Below are positions 43,169-55,640 of a DNA stretch of 64,000 nucleotides, piece by piece (position 1 is the stretch's first letter; every line of letters starts with the position of its first letter). The notes under the pieces are model-generated. The model was given only the letters and a program-made list of their open reading frames with translations. It made no database searches and was not told the origin of the DNA. The position numbers were made by a program, and so were the translations under genes. The DNA is from Calcarisporiella thermophila CBS 279.70 (lineage: Eukaryota > Fungi > Calcarisporiellomycota): the NCBI RefSeq assembly GCF_041956535.1, contig NW_027192202.1, positions 391,895 through 455,894 on the forward strand, read 5' to 3'.

Positions 43169-44083
43169 TCATGTTGAGGTTGATTCTGTAGGGGATGGAT
43201 TTCCAACAAGATCCTGTAGCACCGTCTTGGCTCGGTCAATTCGTGACAGATTACCAGGCAACGACTATAGGACATAGTGAAAAAGAGAGATACCAAGAAA
43301 TTGAGCCACACAAACTAGGGTCACTGCAGAGGCAGAGAAGAGGCCTACCTGGCGTAATTCTGCGAGCATTTTGACGCTCTGCTCATAATCTTGCTTGATG
43401 GAATCTTCTCGTGGAATATCTGGGGAATAAAATATTATAGAACCATAGCCTATTGACATTGTAAATGATACAATAACTCACCATACTCCATCGACATGTC
43501 GTATTCATTCTCTAGCTCTTCCAAGCCCTCAAACACGACACGATCGGACAACATTGACTGCCGCAGAACCACATCTTGCATTAGCTTTTCTATCTGGTCA
43601 GGAATATTTTTGCGACGCTCAGCAACTTTAAGGGTCAGCTCCTCGGCTCTATTGTGAAGTTCGATAAGCTTGGAATTAAGTTCCTCATCGAATGGTTCGA
43701 TTTCTGATGAAATGGTGAGGTAAAGCGGGTTACAATTAATAGAAAAGGCTCGGGTGTACGTGCAGCAACTTGCCTTCCACTTCTTCAAAGGCTTGGTCAT
43801 AATCCTGACCATTGACTAACATGCTTTTTCCCGCCATACTAAAAATAGCTTCTATCCACTAGATAATAAAGAATTATTGTCATTGACGCGAGAACTAAAA
43901 TAATGCCGATGCTATCTTTACATTGTTCATGAGGTCTTCCACATCTTTCTTTGTTTTCGAATTTTCTGTTGCGCATTTTTCTGCTAGTGCTGCAAAAGCA
44001 GCCTCTTGCAATTGTTGTTTCAAGTAGATAACATCATCTTTTGTATCTACGGCTATCTTTGGGATGTCACCATTCCGCTCCAT
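43169..44083 (-). CDS. NSL1: Kinetochore Mis12-complex subunit Nsl1/Mis14-like, multi-exon
   Basis: PKIAVDTKDDVIYL, WIEAIFSMAGKSMLVNG, EIEPFDEELNSKL...LTLKVAERRKNIP, LPGNLSRIDRAK match the Mis14 family pattern. Confidence 0.78.
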
Positions 44084-44433
44084 CGCGTTAATGAAATATT
44101 AAATTTTGATGCATTTCCAGGAGTCGTGGATTCAAATAGAGCATTCCAAGCCACAGTGAGGTCACAAGGAGGAGCATGCAACTTAAAAAGAGTCTCCATA
44201 TTTCATAGCATCTGTAGGAGGATGATACTGCCTTGCTTCCTCAAGACGTACTGAAACTAGTGTCACAGTAGAATACCCTTTCACTCCATTCACAAGGCAA
44301 ATCCATTGCCCGAACCATTTCGTTGTCTAGCCCGCAGTCGTTCGATTTTCCGTGGAATATTCATTTCATTACCTCCTTCCAGCTCTATATTAGGTCAACT
44401 CTCGAGTAATTGAACAAGCAGGATAAATCTCCA

Positions 44434-47404
44434 ATGTCAACGCCAGCTGATATCGCATCTCTCTCGAAAATCTTGCAACCATCTCAAGAGGGAGAGCTCG
44501 ACCAATTCATCCGGGACTCTTTTGCAAAGGTAAAAATGCCTTCGAATTCATTTGGCACCGTAGAAGTAGCTATACCATTTGCATTTTAGGGCATCGACTT
44601 GAGAGAATATGCTCAACAAATTGAACGGGATCTGAGCACGATAGAAAAAGAACACGAAGATGACTGTATGAATAGGAAACAATATTTTTGCAACTCTTTG
44701 ACTAACGTGGATTGAAATTTGAATGCAGATGTAAGACAGACTGAGAATTTTGTCCTGTTGCATCAACAAATTGAGTCTTGCGATAGCATTCTGGAAACCA
44801 TGGAGAATATGCTCAGCACATTTCAATCAGATCTGGGCAAGATTAGTGCGGAGATTCAAACTCTCCAGGATAGATCCTCTTCGATGGCTATCAAGCTGAA
44901 GAATAGAAAGGCAAGTTCAGATGGTGTGTAAAATGGTCAAGAAATGATTTTTTTAACGGCAAGAAAAAATATTAGGGAGTAGAGGATAAGCTTAGCGAAG
45001 TGCTTGATGGCCTCGTTGTCCCCCCCTATATGATTAAGTATGAAGCGGTGGTAGTAATCTTCTATAATTGATCATTTATATGAAGTGCTGCTTTTTACTA
45101 GGAAAATATTCGAAAGCGACATTGATGATGTTTGGATAGCCTACCTGACGGAAATTGACAAAAAGATGGGCTATGTTAAATCGAATCGCGACAAGAGCAT
45201 ACGGGCGCTTAGAGATGTTGGTCCGAAATTGGAGAAACTTCGATTAAAGGTAATTCGTTCAGTATAAAGGATAGGGTACCTGGCGACAGTGATCATTCAA
45301 CTTTTTTGAATTTTTCTTCTCAACCGTCTAGGCCGCTGACAAAATCCGGGAGTTCTTACTTAACAAAATTCGTTCCCTTCGCATACCCAACACCAATGTT
45401 CAGATCATCCAGCAATCTATATTACATAAACACAAACCTCTTTTTGGATTCCTAATGGAGAGGCACAGAGAAGCAGCCGCTGAAGTGCGTCAAACATACG
45501 TGAACACAATGCGTTGGTATTATTTTAATCATTTCGAGCGCTATCTTCGAGGACTGCAGAAACTTCAGGTATGCAAACGGTCAGCCCCAAACATTCAAAA
45601 TGGCTGATAACATCCTTGTCTCTAAACATTATATAGCTTACCATTGCCGATAAAAACCATTTGATTGGTCAAGAGGAAGGAGGAATGCTAGGTAAATCTA
45701 TCGATTGTTGGTTAAACCACCTGTTGCAGAGGTTAGGTTATTAACCATTGGTGTATATTGTATTAGCGGGTCCATTTGTGTCTAAACTCGCACTGAAAGA
45801 TAAAAGCAATGTATTTGCGTTGGGTGACCGTTCAGAAATCTTAAAAAATCCGGAAAATAACATTGTTTTGATTCATATTGCAGAACAGAATAACCAGGTG
45901 ACTCTATTAAATGTCAATAACAGTCGATCTCTAATTAACATTTTTTTCATATGCTTAGAAATATCCCTATGAAGCCCTCTTTCGTAGCTTCAATTTGACA
46001 ATGATAGACAACGCAAGTACGGAGTATCTCTTCTTGGTTGAATTTTTCTCTCGTGACGAAAAATCGGCCACTGAGATAGCAAAGAGCGCGTTTATCGATA
46101 TATTTGAACCGACACAGAAGATGGGCTTGGTAGAAAATATAATCTCTGTTCTTTTTTTTTACTAGGTGATTGATTTGACTATTTTTTTTTTAAAACAGAA
46201 TGCAACCAAGCAGTTTGTGGAGACCAGCCACGATGCGGTTGGTATACTCCTTTGCATCCGCATCAATATGCAATTATCACTTGAGCTTCAGAGGCGTCGC
46301 GTTCCAGCTCTCGAAAGCTATACCAACGCGACCAATATGCTCTTATGGCCACGGTTTCAATTAATCATGAACAAGCATATTGAGAGCGTGAAGAAGGCCG
46401 TATCCAAGATTAGTGCTAAAGATACTCATCCACATTATGTGAGTCGAAGCCTTTTAAAATTCACCGCCAAACTTCAACTCATCCTCTCCATACTGAACAC
46501 AGATTACAAGACGCTTTGCTGAATTTGCTGCGTCGCTTCTCGTGCTCAATGATGATTACAACGATGCCATATTAATTCAAAGGTAGAGTTTTTGACACGA
46601 GCTGCCACTCTTTGGTGCAACTGAATTTTTCTCCCGCTCTTCTCTAGTTTGCAGAGATTGAGGAACGAGGTGGATGCCCTCCTCAATAAGATTTCGGCCG
46701 AGTTTTCGGATCGGAAAAATAGCCTCATATTCTTGATTAATAACTACGACTTGGTTATCACCGTCTTAACGGTACTGTCTAAATTCAGATGCTGATTTGT
46801 TGCCATTCTCTTTTCTCACCTCATTCCCCCTCTTTGTTTTTTCAATGGTATAGGGTGCCGGTGGGAAATCGGTTGAACCCGAAATAGATCACTTCCGCAC
46901 GCTTCTAACCGGCCGTATTAATGCCTACACGGAGGAGGAACTTGCACCGCATTTTGGAGACTTGATCAAACTTGTCAAGCAGGCTGAACAGGACAAAGAA
47001 AAAGAATACTCTGCACGTAAGTATTCTCCTCGCACTCCAACATTCACGCGCAAGCAGCCCTGCTAAAAATTTTTTTTTCTATCCCTTTTACGTTAATTTA
47101 TCCTTGCCAAATAACAGAGAGTCTTGAACAGGTTGCCCTTAGTTTCAACAACAACTGGCGTCAAGCGCTAAGCATCATTAATTCTTCGGTCATACGCAAT
47201 TTCTCAAATTTTAAAAATGGAACCACCGTGCTTCACGCAGTTCTTGGGCAATTGATTGTGTACTACACGCGATTCCATGTCATTTTGGAGGAAAGGGCTG
47301 CTCGCCGAGGAAAAGATGGGCCCCCTGGGTATGGCTTCAGGCGGCAGCCCGTGGGAGTGCAGACGGTGATGGTGGAGATCAAAAAGTTTAGGTCCAATTT
47401 TTGA
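44434..47404 (+). CDS. VPS52: GARP complex subunit Vps52, multi-exon
   Basis: GIDLREYAQQIE, FQSDLGKISAEIQTLQ, RDVGPKLEKLRLKA, YPYEALFRS, MLLWPRF, PHYITRRFAEF, FLINNYD, MVEIKKFRSNF*. Confidence 0.95.
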
Positions 47405-47691
47405 GCTATCTAGACATTTTTTTTCCTCGAAAAACATCTATACCCTATGATACTTTATTTCTTTTTTCTCTTCTAAGTGCTATACTGCACTCATGGTTTC
47501 TCCTCTCCTTTTATTTTATTTCTCTTTCCCCAATTTCACGTTTCCTCCTGTACCTATAATAAATCTAGAGCGCAAGAAATTTGGAATAACCCCTTAATTC
47601 TAAGCCACACTGCAAAGTCCTTTTTCGAGAGGCAAGATTACTTTTTCTAGCTTCTCCTCTTTCACACTACATCCACTAGTCGACAATCGCC

Positions 47692-48446
47692 ATGGGTAAG
47701 TAAATACTCGCAGAGAGCACTTGGGGGTTATAAGGGGAACCTTGGATGGATGGATGGATGGTTGGATGCTGGAATGTATCCATCTTGCTGAGTGGCATGA
47801 TTGAAGCACGGCGTTCATCCGGACCATGACAGCATGGCCACCTCCATCCATGGACGATTTTTTCTGAGAGAGACCATGCACTAATTGATTGTGATCTTCT
47901 GCAGGTAAAGGAAAGCCGAGAGGTATGAATGCGGCCCGCAAGCTGCGCAACCACCGCCGCGAGGAGCGCTGGGCTGACAAGCAGTACAAGAAGCGTGCTC
48001 TCGGCACTATGTGGAAATCGTCTCCTTTCCAGGGTGCCTCTCACGCCAAGGGTATTGTGTTGGAAAAGATGTAGGTGTTTTGATTGCTTGGTCATATTGA
48101 TGAGAGTGACAGAACTGGACCGACAAAAATATGGAATGAATGGACTAACCCATGGATTCCTTTGACTTGCTCCTGTAGTGGTGTTGAAGCCAAACAGCCC
48201 AACTCTGCCATTCGTAAGTGTGTGCGTGTCCAGCTCGTCAAGAACGGCAAGAAGGTCACTGCTTTCGTTCCCAACGATGGTTGTCTCAACTTCCTTGAGG
48301 AGAACGACGAAGTTTTGATTGCCGGTTTCGGTCGCAAGGGTCGCGCCATTGGTGATATTCCTGGTGTGCGTTTCAAGGTCGTCAAGGTTGCTGGTGTGTC
48401 GCTCTTGGCCTTGTACAAGGAAAAGAAGGAGAAGCCGCGTTCTTAA
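47692..48446 (+). CDS. RPS23: 40S ribosomal protein S23 (uS12), two introns
   Basis: [16 protein letters not shown]...[29 protein letters not shown]...KEKKEKPRS*. Confidence 0.98.
47744..47769. repeat. (GGAT)n microsatellite in RPS23 intron 1
   Basis: ggatggatggatggatggttggatg seen directly. Confidence 0.85.
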
Positions 48447-48787
48447 GCGTGCTTGGTATTGGCCTGTTTTCTTCTTTGTCAATAAAATCCTGTAGCAAAC
48501 TGATGTGTTCATAATGCACTCGGAGAGGGGAGAAAACAGTTTATATTGTCGACTTCTTTTTCAAAAGAAAAAAATATATATAAATAGCAAGCATTTGACT
48601 AGAAACACACGTTAAAGAATAATACGATAGGAAATAAAGGAAAGATATTAAACAAAAACTTGACGCCCTTTCAGGACGTATAAGGAACTAAGGAACAGGG
48701 CATTTTGGGAAAGGTTGGAGAGCTCCAATGACAGGATAGAATAGATATATCCAAGATAGGGAGGGAGCCGAAACAGGGCTCCTGGTT

Positions 48788-50213
48788 TTACAAAATAGTG
48801 CAGCACATTGTAATCTTTTTCTCCATGGCATCTTTCTCACCATGGCGAATATCGTGACGATGTTGGAAATGTGCATTGTGGTGGAGAGGAGCTGGGGGAG
48901 GAGGGCGTGGAGCAAACAGGTGAGTAGGCTGGTTGAAAGCGCCAAGATGCTGCTACACAAATCCCCATATACGTACACACATACGCGTATGAAATAGGTC
49001 AGGGCTAATTTGCTCACAGAGCTTAGATATACACTATCTTACCTGACGATAGTACAGATCATACTCGCTATCGCTATAAAGATGGGCGTTTCGTCTAGAG
49101 CGATATATTTCATGGTTCTTAAATTGAAAAAAAAAAGCGTTAGTGCTCCTGTAATTCCCCCGGCCGACTTGCACTCTACCTGAGAATTAGAGCTTTGCAT
49201 CGGGTAAGTAGTATTATCCAATGGCGCCTGCTCGACTCCGTTTACTTTTGCAGCCTCATCCTCCTCGGCCGCTTCGTCTGCGCTCACCTCCTCCTTCGTG
49301 TCGATCACCGCTTTGACGACGTTTGGAGGAGGCAAGGAGCTTGCTCGACGACGGTTGCGAATGTCGGCCTTCTCGGCATCGACCACCATCTCCGCCGTCG
49401 ATTTGGCTTCGTCCGTAGTCACGGGCATGCTCCACATTGCGGCGTACGAAGGAGACAGCGCCTGCCATCGTTGAAGCAGCCGTTTGGCATCATAGACGCC
49501 ATAGGGCGTGAAGAAGTAGTCGTCGATGTTGGATTCGTCTAGCTGGATCCGTCGGGCGATTGCCGAAGGGATCAGGCAGTCGTGGAAGAGAAGCTCGCGC
49601 GGGGGCGTTTCATAATGAACGGAAAAGGGGATATGCTTCACTATCTGCTCTTCGCCGCTCTCTTGCGCACTGACGGGAGAATTTTCAGGCTTAATCCCGA
49701 TGTCCTTTCTAACTCCGACGGTTTCACCGCCGTCCCTGACGGACTCCGGGGAGGTGAGGTTCTCGGAGGAGCCCTTGTTCAGGTTGCGGACAGATTGGAT
49801 GGAGATACGCTTGCTGGAGCGGCGCGATGGCGACGGCGATGGGACATCCAGAAAGAACTGGGCCCCGTTCACAGCATACCGTGAGAGGCGATATGCGTTA
49901 CTTCTCGGGATCCTATTCGAAAAATAAATTAACATCGGGAGTGGCAAACGGCGAAGCACTTTCGCGCCATCACAAGGATTACTTGTCGCGACGGTGAAAA
50001 GCGGAGGGTAAGTGTCGCTCCGCGGGAGATATTCGGTCAGGAGATATATCAATGATCTCAACGCTCTATCCGCAAACAAAGCAAGTGGTGAAGCGACTCA
50101 TTAGACTCCCAATAGTGACCACCAGGATAAGCAAAAACACAGGACAATACCAGGTCGTCATTCTTGTTGAAACGCAGTTCGTAAGCAGCTCCTTTTCTTG
50201 CGGTGGCTGTCAT
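48788..50213 (-). CDS. Uncharacterised protein ending in a CaaX box (MCCTIL*), about 5 exons
   Basis: GT-AG splicing links MTATARKGAAYELRFNKNDDL | SVEIID...RRDK | IPRSNAYRLSRY...SNSQ | NHEIY...YYRQ | QHLG...EKKITMCCTIL* in one frame. It uses most of ORF 49039-50079. Confidence 0.7.
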
Positions 50214-51026
50214 TTGCCTGAGTGGTTAAATATGTGCAACAACAAAAGAAAAAAATGTATATATGAAATGTTGAAGAATGAACTAGAGCGAGTGTGTGAT
50301 AAAGAGTGTTTAAATAAATGTCAAAGAAAGCTGAATGAACACTTGGGATGAATGAGAGACTGGAAACTGTCAGGCTCAAGCAAGGGAAACGGCCATGAAA
50401 AGGTTAAAAAAAAAACAAAAATAAAAATGTTGGAGAGGGGAGAGAATATGGCTGTTTTGCCCGCAATCCTGTTGAGAGCTGCAGACTGCAGAAGAGGATG
50501 GAAGAGAGAATGCGCTATGAATATATGACAATGAGGCGGCAGATGCTGGATGAAAAGGCCAAGGATAAAGGGGAAAATGACCGTGTAATTGACCTGTGGA
50601 TGAAAGGGGAACACTAATAGGGAGAAAATGCACGGGAATTTATTTGCAAATCAATTTTTATTAGTGCGTTTTCTTAGGAAAATCTTGCTGGTCAACGCAC
50701 ACCAAACAAACTTTCCCTTATATCCCTCGAGTGGCTAGGTTTTATTATAACGAGGAGGCTCGCCCTGTTGCCTCCAAAAACCCTTATGGTCATGACGCAG
50801 GGCCTGACGCGCCCTCTTGCTCCGCTTGCACCGTAATACACCTTAATTACTGAGTGTAGCATTTCTAATTATCTCGAAACATCCTCATATATCATCTTTA
50901 TTTCATTACCCTTATTAATGAACGCCCACTCGGCCCAATACCCCGTCTCCCCTCGTGGTTTTCCGCCGGCTGCGCTTCTGAGCCCTACCGCAATCAGAAA
51001 AGGCATGTCTCAGGCATAGATGAGTG

Positions 51027-51049
51027 TATATATATAAATATATATATAT
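51027..51049. repeat. Imperfect (TA)n microsatellite
   Basis: tatatatataaatatatatatat seen directly. Confidence 0.85.
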
Positions 51050-51112
51050 TAAACCTGGAGGATGTGCTGTCAATCTGCCGTCCTCCATTAGCTCAGCTCA
51101 GCAGGCTCGATC

Positions 51113-52351
51113 ATGCTCGTTTATTGCTCGCCTCCTAGGGTTGGAGTCCCTGAAAAGGATGGAAGCAATTGCATGCAAATAATTTGTAGGCAATAATCAT
51201 TACAGGGATTTGCAGGGGAAGGATGCTCGGGTCAACTGAAGGCAGTTGTCGCACGAACCAGAGTTTGATTTTCCCTTGGACTTTTTTGCTTTTCGCTCTA
51301 CTTTGTTTGTGGTTGCAATCTCCGCCTGATTCCTTTGATCGCGATTCCAGAGACAGTCCCCCCGATTGGAACAGAAGAAGAATCCTCCATCACGGCGTCC
51401 CACGAAGCCCCCATCGATCCCTCCCCACCGAGCCAAGCCGGCTCCCCTCCTCGTCTTGCTGGAGGCCCTTGGCCAGATCCGCCAACGGGTGCATCCTGGC
51501 ATTCGGCGCACACGGCTTCCACTGGTCGCGCCACCCCGGAACAGATTGCCTATCACGTTGCCGAAGCCCTTCTTCGTGATAGGCCTGGGTCGAGATCAGG
51601 ACGATCCCGCAGACACTCGCGACCTCCTCTCCCGCAATGGCAAAGCGATTGCCAAATCTCTTCCCTCCGTGACCAGGCAGACCCGACATTATATCGTGCC
51701 CGATCCTCACAACTACTCGTGAAATCGTCACCGTGGCGAGAGTCTGAGGCATCCTCCAAGCCTAGGTCGAGTAGCACTGGAAACCGAAGGAATATGCGCG
51801 CAACAAGGAGAAGAGAGTCCCTGCCCTCCCTCGCCGCTGCTCTTGCGTCTACTTCTCGCGCTGAAGAGCCGTGGCCGACCACAATATCCTCAGCATCGTC
51901 CCCCTCATCCAATACAGACATCACGCCCCTTTTCCCGGAAAAAGCATTGACACGCCCGGCAAAGCCCGGCGTAGCGTTAGCGGGAGCCCACCACTCTCCT
52001 GTTCCTGAACAAAGTTTGGATGGATCCTCACTTGCTGAGAAACGCGCTACCGCGTACGATACTAACGGGAATATTGGGAACGCCCCCATGAATAGCAAAC
52101 GAGTGCCATCCGCGCCTCCTCCATTGCCCCTGCCGCGCGACAACTTTTGTACACTTGGCGCATGGTTGTTTCTGTTCGGGTTCCTATTCCCTCCACTGTG
52201 GTGGATAGGCGCATTCTATCCACGAAAGAGCACCGCCAGGTCTGAGTCACGATGGAAGCGACACAACCAGCTCATGTCGGTTCTAGGACTACTGCTAATC
52301 CTAGGGATTATTGCATTGCTTATTTGGTATGCAGTGCAAAGGAAACGCTGA
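51113..52351 (+). CDS. Uncharacterised membrane protein with disordered Ser/Pro/Arg-rich N-terminus and two C-terminal hydrophobic segments
   Basis: Main exon from acceptor ttccag at 51350. C-terminus LFLFGFLFPPLWWIGAF...RWKRHNQLMSVLGLLLILGIIALLIWY. The 5' micro-exons from 51113 are tentative. Confidence 0.65.
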
Positions 52352-53042
52352 AATTTCGTCCCCATTATTTTTTTTTTTCACCTCTCCTGCATTAATGCTA
52401 ATCACGCTTCACCTCGGTACTTAATTTACCATTAGTATATCACCCGGATTCCCCATATTTTTATCCTATTTTATTTTATTTTATCTTATTTTCATTTCCT
52501 AATGAACACTTGCGACGAAATCCCTCCCCTCTGAACATTTATCCCACTTGCAACCATACTCAATATCGAGGCGCTGGATTTTGCCAGGCTTAATAAAACC
52601 TATTTGCGCGATCCAATTTGGGGACCCTGGCTGGAGGAGGTCATCGTATATCCCCTTCAATGGCCAAAGGATTCCGTAGAAAACGAGATGGATGGTTTGC
52701 GAGAAAGCAACGCTGAAAGACAAGATTTAATTAGAGCATTAACTAAGTTAAAATAGAAGAGAACATCAGAGTCATACATAGTGGCAAAATGAAGAGAGCG
52801 GCCAAGCCATACAAAAAAAAAAGATATGAAGTGAAAAGGGAATACTTCGATTCAAATAGTGAAGAGAGATTTGGATAGAAGAAAGAGGAGAGGCAGAGAT
52901 GGGCAACCAAAAAAACAAAATAAAGACATGGAAAAGTTTTGGAGGGGAGGTGGGAGGGGTATTCATGGAAACTGCTATTTTTTATGGCTCCAAAATATAT
53001 AGAGAGGGGGGTAATAGGTGAAAGTGCAAGTGTCCTACACAC

Positions 53043-54188
53043 TCATTCTTCAAACTGCAATGCACTACTGGGGGCGACCACGGGGGCGGTCATGAGTACT
53101 CTGCGATTGGTATGCCGGGTTTCAAGGAGGGAAACCGAGTTATTTTCCAGCTCTCTTCGGAGCAACTCTTCGCCTCTTCTTCTGCGCTCCTCCTCCGTCT
53201 CGCCTTCCTTCGAGGATATCGAAGCGGCATTCTCCGAGGGTGGCCACGATATGGGGGAGGGGGTATCTTTTGTGCTTGAGGAGGGGCTGCTTGCCGTGGT
53301 TACCCGAAGTGATGGGACGTATTGATTCTTCTCACTTCCTTCAGGGTCCGTTAGGGAGATGTCGGATTCACTGGTCAATCCTTGTTTGCGTGTCCGTCTT
53401 CGCCACAAGACTAAGCCGAGCCCCACCGCGAACATAACGCAAACGCATGCAGCTGATATGATGCCCACTATGAGCGGCTGCAGCTCATCGCCCCTGCTTC
53501 CCTCCTCGCCCGCACTGTTAGAGGTGCCCAGTACCTGCGGCGCTTGGATAATCATGGTCGACGCAATACTTTCCGTCACGATAGCCACCCTTGGAGCGGC
53601 TGCTGGTTGCACGATGGAGAACGCAGGCCCCCCACTTCCAAGCGAATCCCGTGGGTCACCTGCACGCACAATCTGCCACATATAGCTCAACGGTCGGTCT
53701 ACGGGGCCAGGCGGCTTTGAAGCGGGATACCAGGTAGAATCGACATCAAGCGGGAAAATGCCATTATTCATTACATTTTGGAAATGCTTGACGACAACCT
53801 CGACTCCATTTTCTAGGAAGATAAGATAAATATCCACGTAAAGCGAGGGCGCTATCTCCTGGTTACGGGTGTTCCAGATGAGATTGTGATGCGAGCCATT
53901 GGCCCAGATTTCGCCAGCTTGTGGAGAGCAGACTATCTGGGTGAGTTCGGTGCAAGCGGCTTCTAGAAGAAAAAAAAATGGGAGCGAAAATTAAAATTCA
54001 AACAATCACAGGATTAAAGAGAGAAAGAGAGAGAGAGAGCCAAATAAAACGATTATGTGTTAGTACCATCTCTGCGCAGAAACAATGATTCGGTGCGCGC
54101 TTCTCTTGAAAAGCACACGAAAGCGATCCACGAGATAAGAGTGAAGACCAGTAAAGGATGATGAGACGTTCTGCGGTGAATGAGCATC
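53043..54188 (-). CDS. Type I single-pass membrane protein (signal peptide, beta-rich luminal domain possibly Psg1/Kre9-like, TM helix, cytosolic tail)
   Basis: Exon 1 hydrophobic LLVFTLISWIAFVCFS; exon 2 VCSPQAGEIWANGSHHNLIWN...GPAFSIVQ, TM LIVGIISAACVCVMFAVGLGLVLW followed by RRRTRK, tail GEELLRRELE. Start position approximate. Confidence 0.7.
54018..54039. repeat. Imperfect (GA)n microsatellite in an intron
   Basis: agagagaaagagagagagagag seen directly. Confidence 0.85.
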
Positions 54189-55640
54189 TTCGCGTGAATG
54201 AGTAGAATGATAAAGGGAATGAAAAGTGGTGGCAAATCTTTTCTCGTCGTTAGTAAATTAGAAAAGGAACATGGTGGGGATGTGAAGGGGCGAGGCGAGC
54301 ACTAGATGGCTACAGGAAATATTACAATCTAATCAGCACAGGAGGAATAGAGCGAACAAGCTAGGTATCAAGAGAGAGGGGAAAATGCCCTGACTTGTTT
54401 TATTTTTGCTGCACGAGAGAATTGAGCTTTTTTTAGCGAGAGGAGGGAGGAGGGAAATCCAATGGGAATGCGTGAGCATGACTTCACAATAAAGCGCCAG
54501 AGCAGGAGTGCGCTGAGCTGCCAGAAATTGGAACTATTAAGAATCGGACCTGTTCTTTGAGTCCGATGGGCCGGCAGAATTTAAGAATAGCTCGCCTCGG
54601 GCTTCGAGTCGACAGCAAAATCCTCCAATGGGCCGGCGAACCTCTGCCAATGAAGAGCTCCGCGCCCTCCTCGCCTAGTGCTCGCGGTCGGTCGGCGTGC
54701 CGTGGGATGCTGACACCGGCGTCTTTTCAACGTTAATCTTTCAGGATGCATATTCCTAGCGCTCTCAGCTGCAGATATGTGCAGCCAGCCTCTCGAGGAA
54801 TTGCGGCCTGTTTTGAAAAAATATAAGATGCCCATCTTAAAACAAAGACTTCGCCCTGATTATCTAAGCTCATTATTTCGGTGGATCCATCCCTCTAGCG
54901 TGCTTCCAACGAATCTGCCCATCAAGCCATAGGGCGGTGGTTTGCATCACCACTGTTTTATTCCCGCATAGCTGACACGGATCCAGAGGTGCCGGGTAAT
55001 TGGAACTTTCGCGTTGCGAGTTGTCCGACTACTAGGAGCTCTAAGCAGCAAGATGCTCCTCGTTACGTAGATACTGCCCTCGTCTCCAAACCTCTTGCCG
55101 CTGCTGCAGCATGTAGAAGACGGTTTCCGAACCATTTTTGGTCTCTCGGCGATATCCACCATCGCACGGAGCTCTTTGCGCCAGTGAGGGTCTACTTTAT
55201 TTCGAGTGAATGGGGTGGCTGCTACCCCTTCCATTGTTCCAACAGAGAAGCATAGCCCTCCACAGAGGATGTCATCTTGCTAATTGATGGTAATAACAAA
55301 GATCGCCTCGTTCAAAATCGGACCTTCCGTAGCTCCAAAGAGTCGACTCCTCTTCATTCACTGCTGGTTTAGCAAATCTTTGCCAAAGCCATGGGCTTCA
55401 GTCTGCTGCTTGGTCCTCCATTTCAATCTATTTTCGCTGCATCTTCTCTTTTGGGTATCTAACGCGTAAGACAAGACTTGGTTCTATTCCTCTTAATTTT
55501 CGGACTTAGCGGTGGGAGAGAATTTGCCATTTTCCACCTCGTGACTATTGTGTAGCATGCAAGTGCTCCATCGCCACCACTTTTCCCCTCCTCCCCCCTT
55601 TCTCCTTGGCTTTTCCTTATTTCTAAATTCCAACTGAGGT

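Noticed and set aside
44219-44256. C/D-box-like GATGATA...CTGA in the NSL1/VPS52 spacer
   Set aside because: Too short, imperfect C box, and no terminal stem or identifiable guide.
52499-52723. Possible extra exon or ORF downstream of the type I membrane gene
   Set aside because: The upstream gene ends cleanly at TGA 53043-53045; this ORF starts with TTG and has no recognisable motif.
54581-55469. Short ORFs on both strands between 54.6 and 55.5 kb
   Set aside because: No motifs, codon bias or consistent splice model; more likely promoter/UTR sequence.
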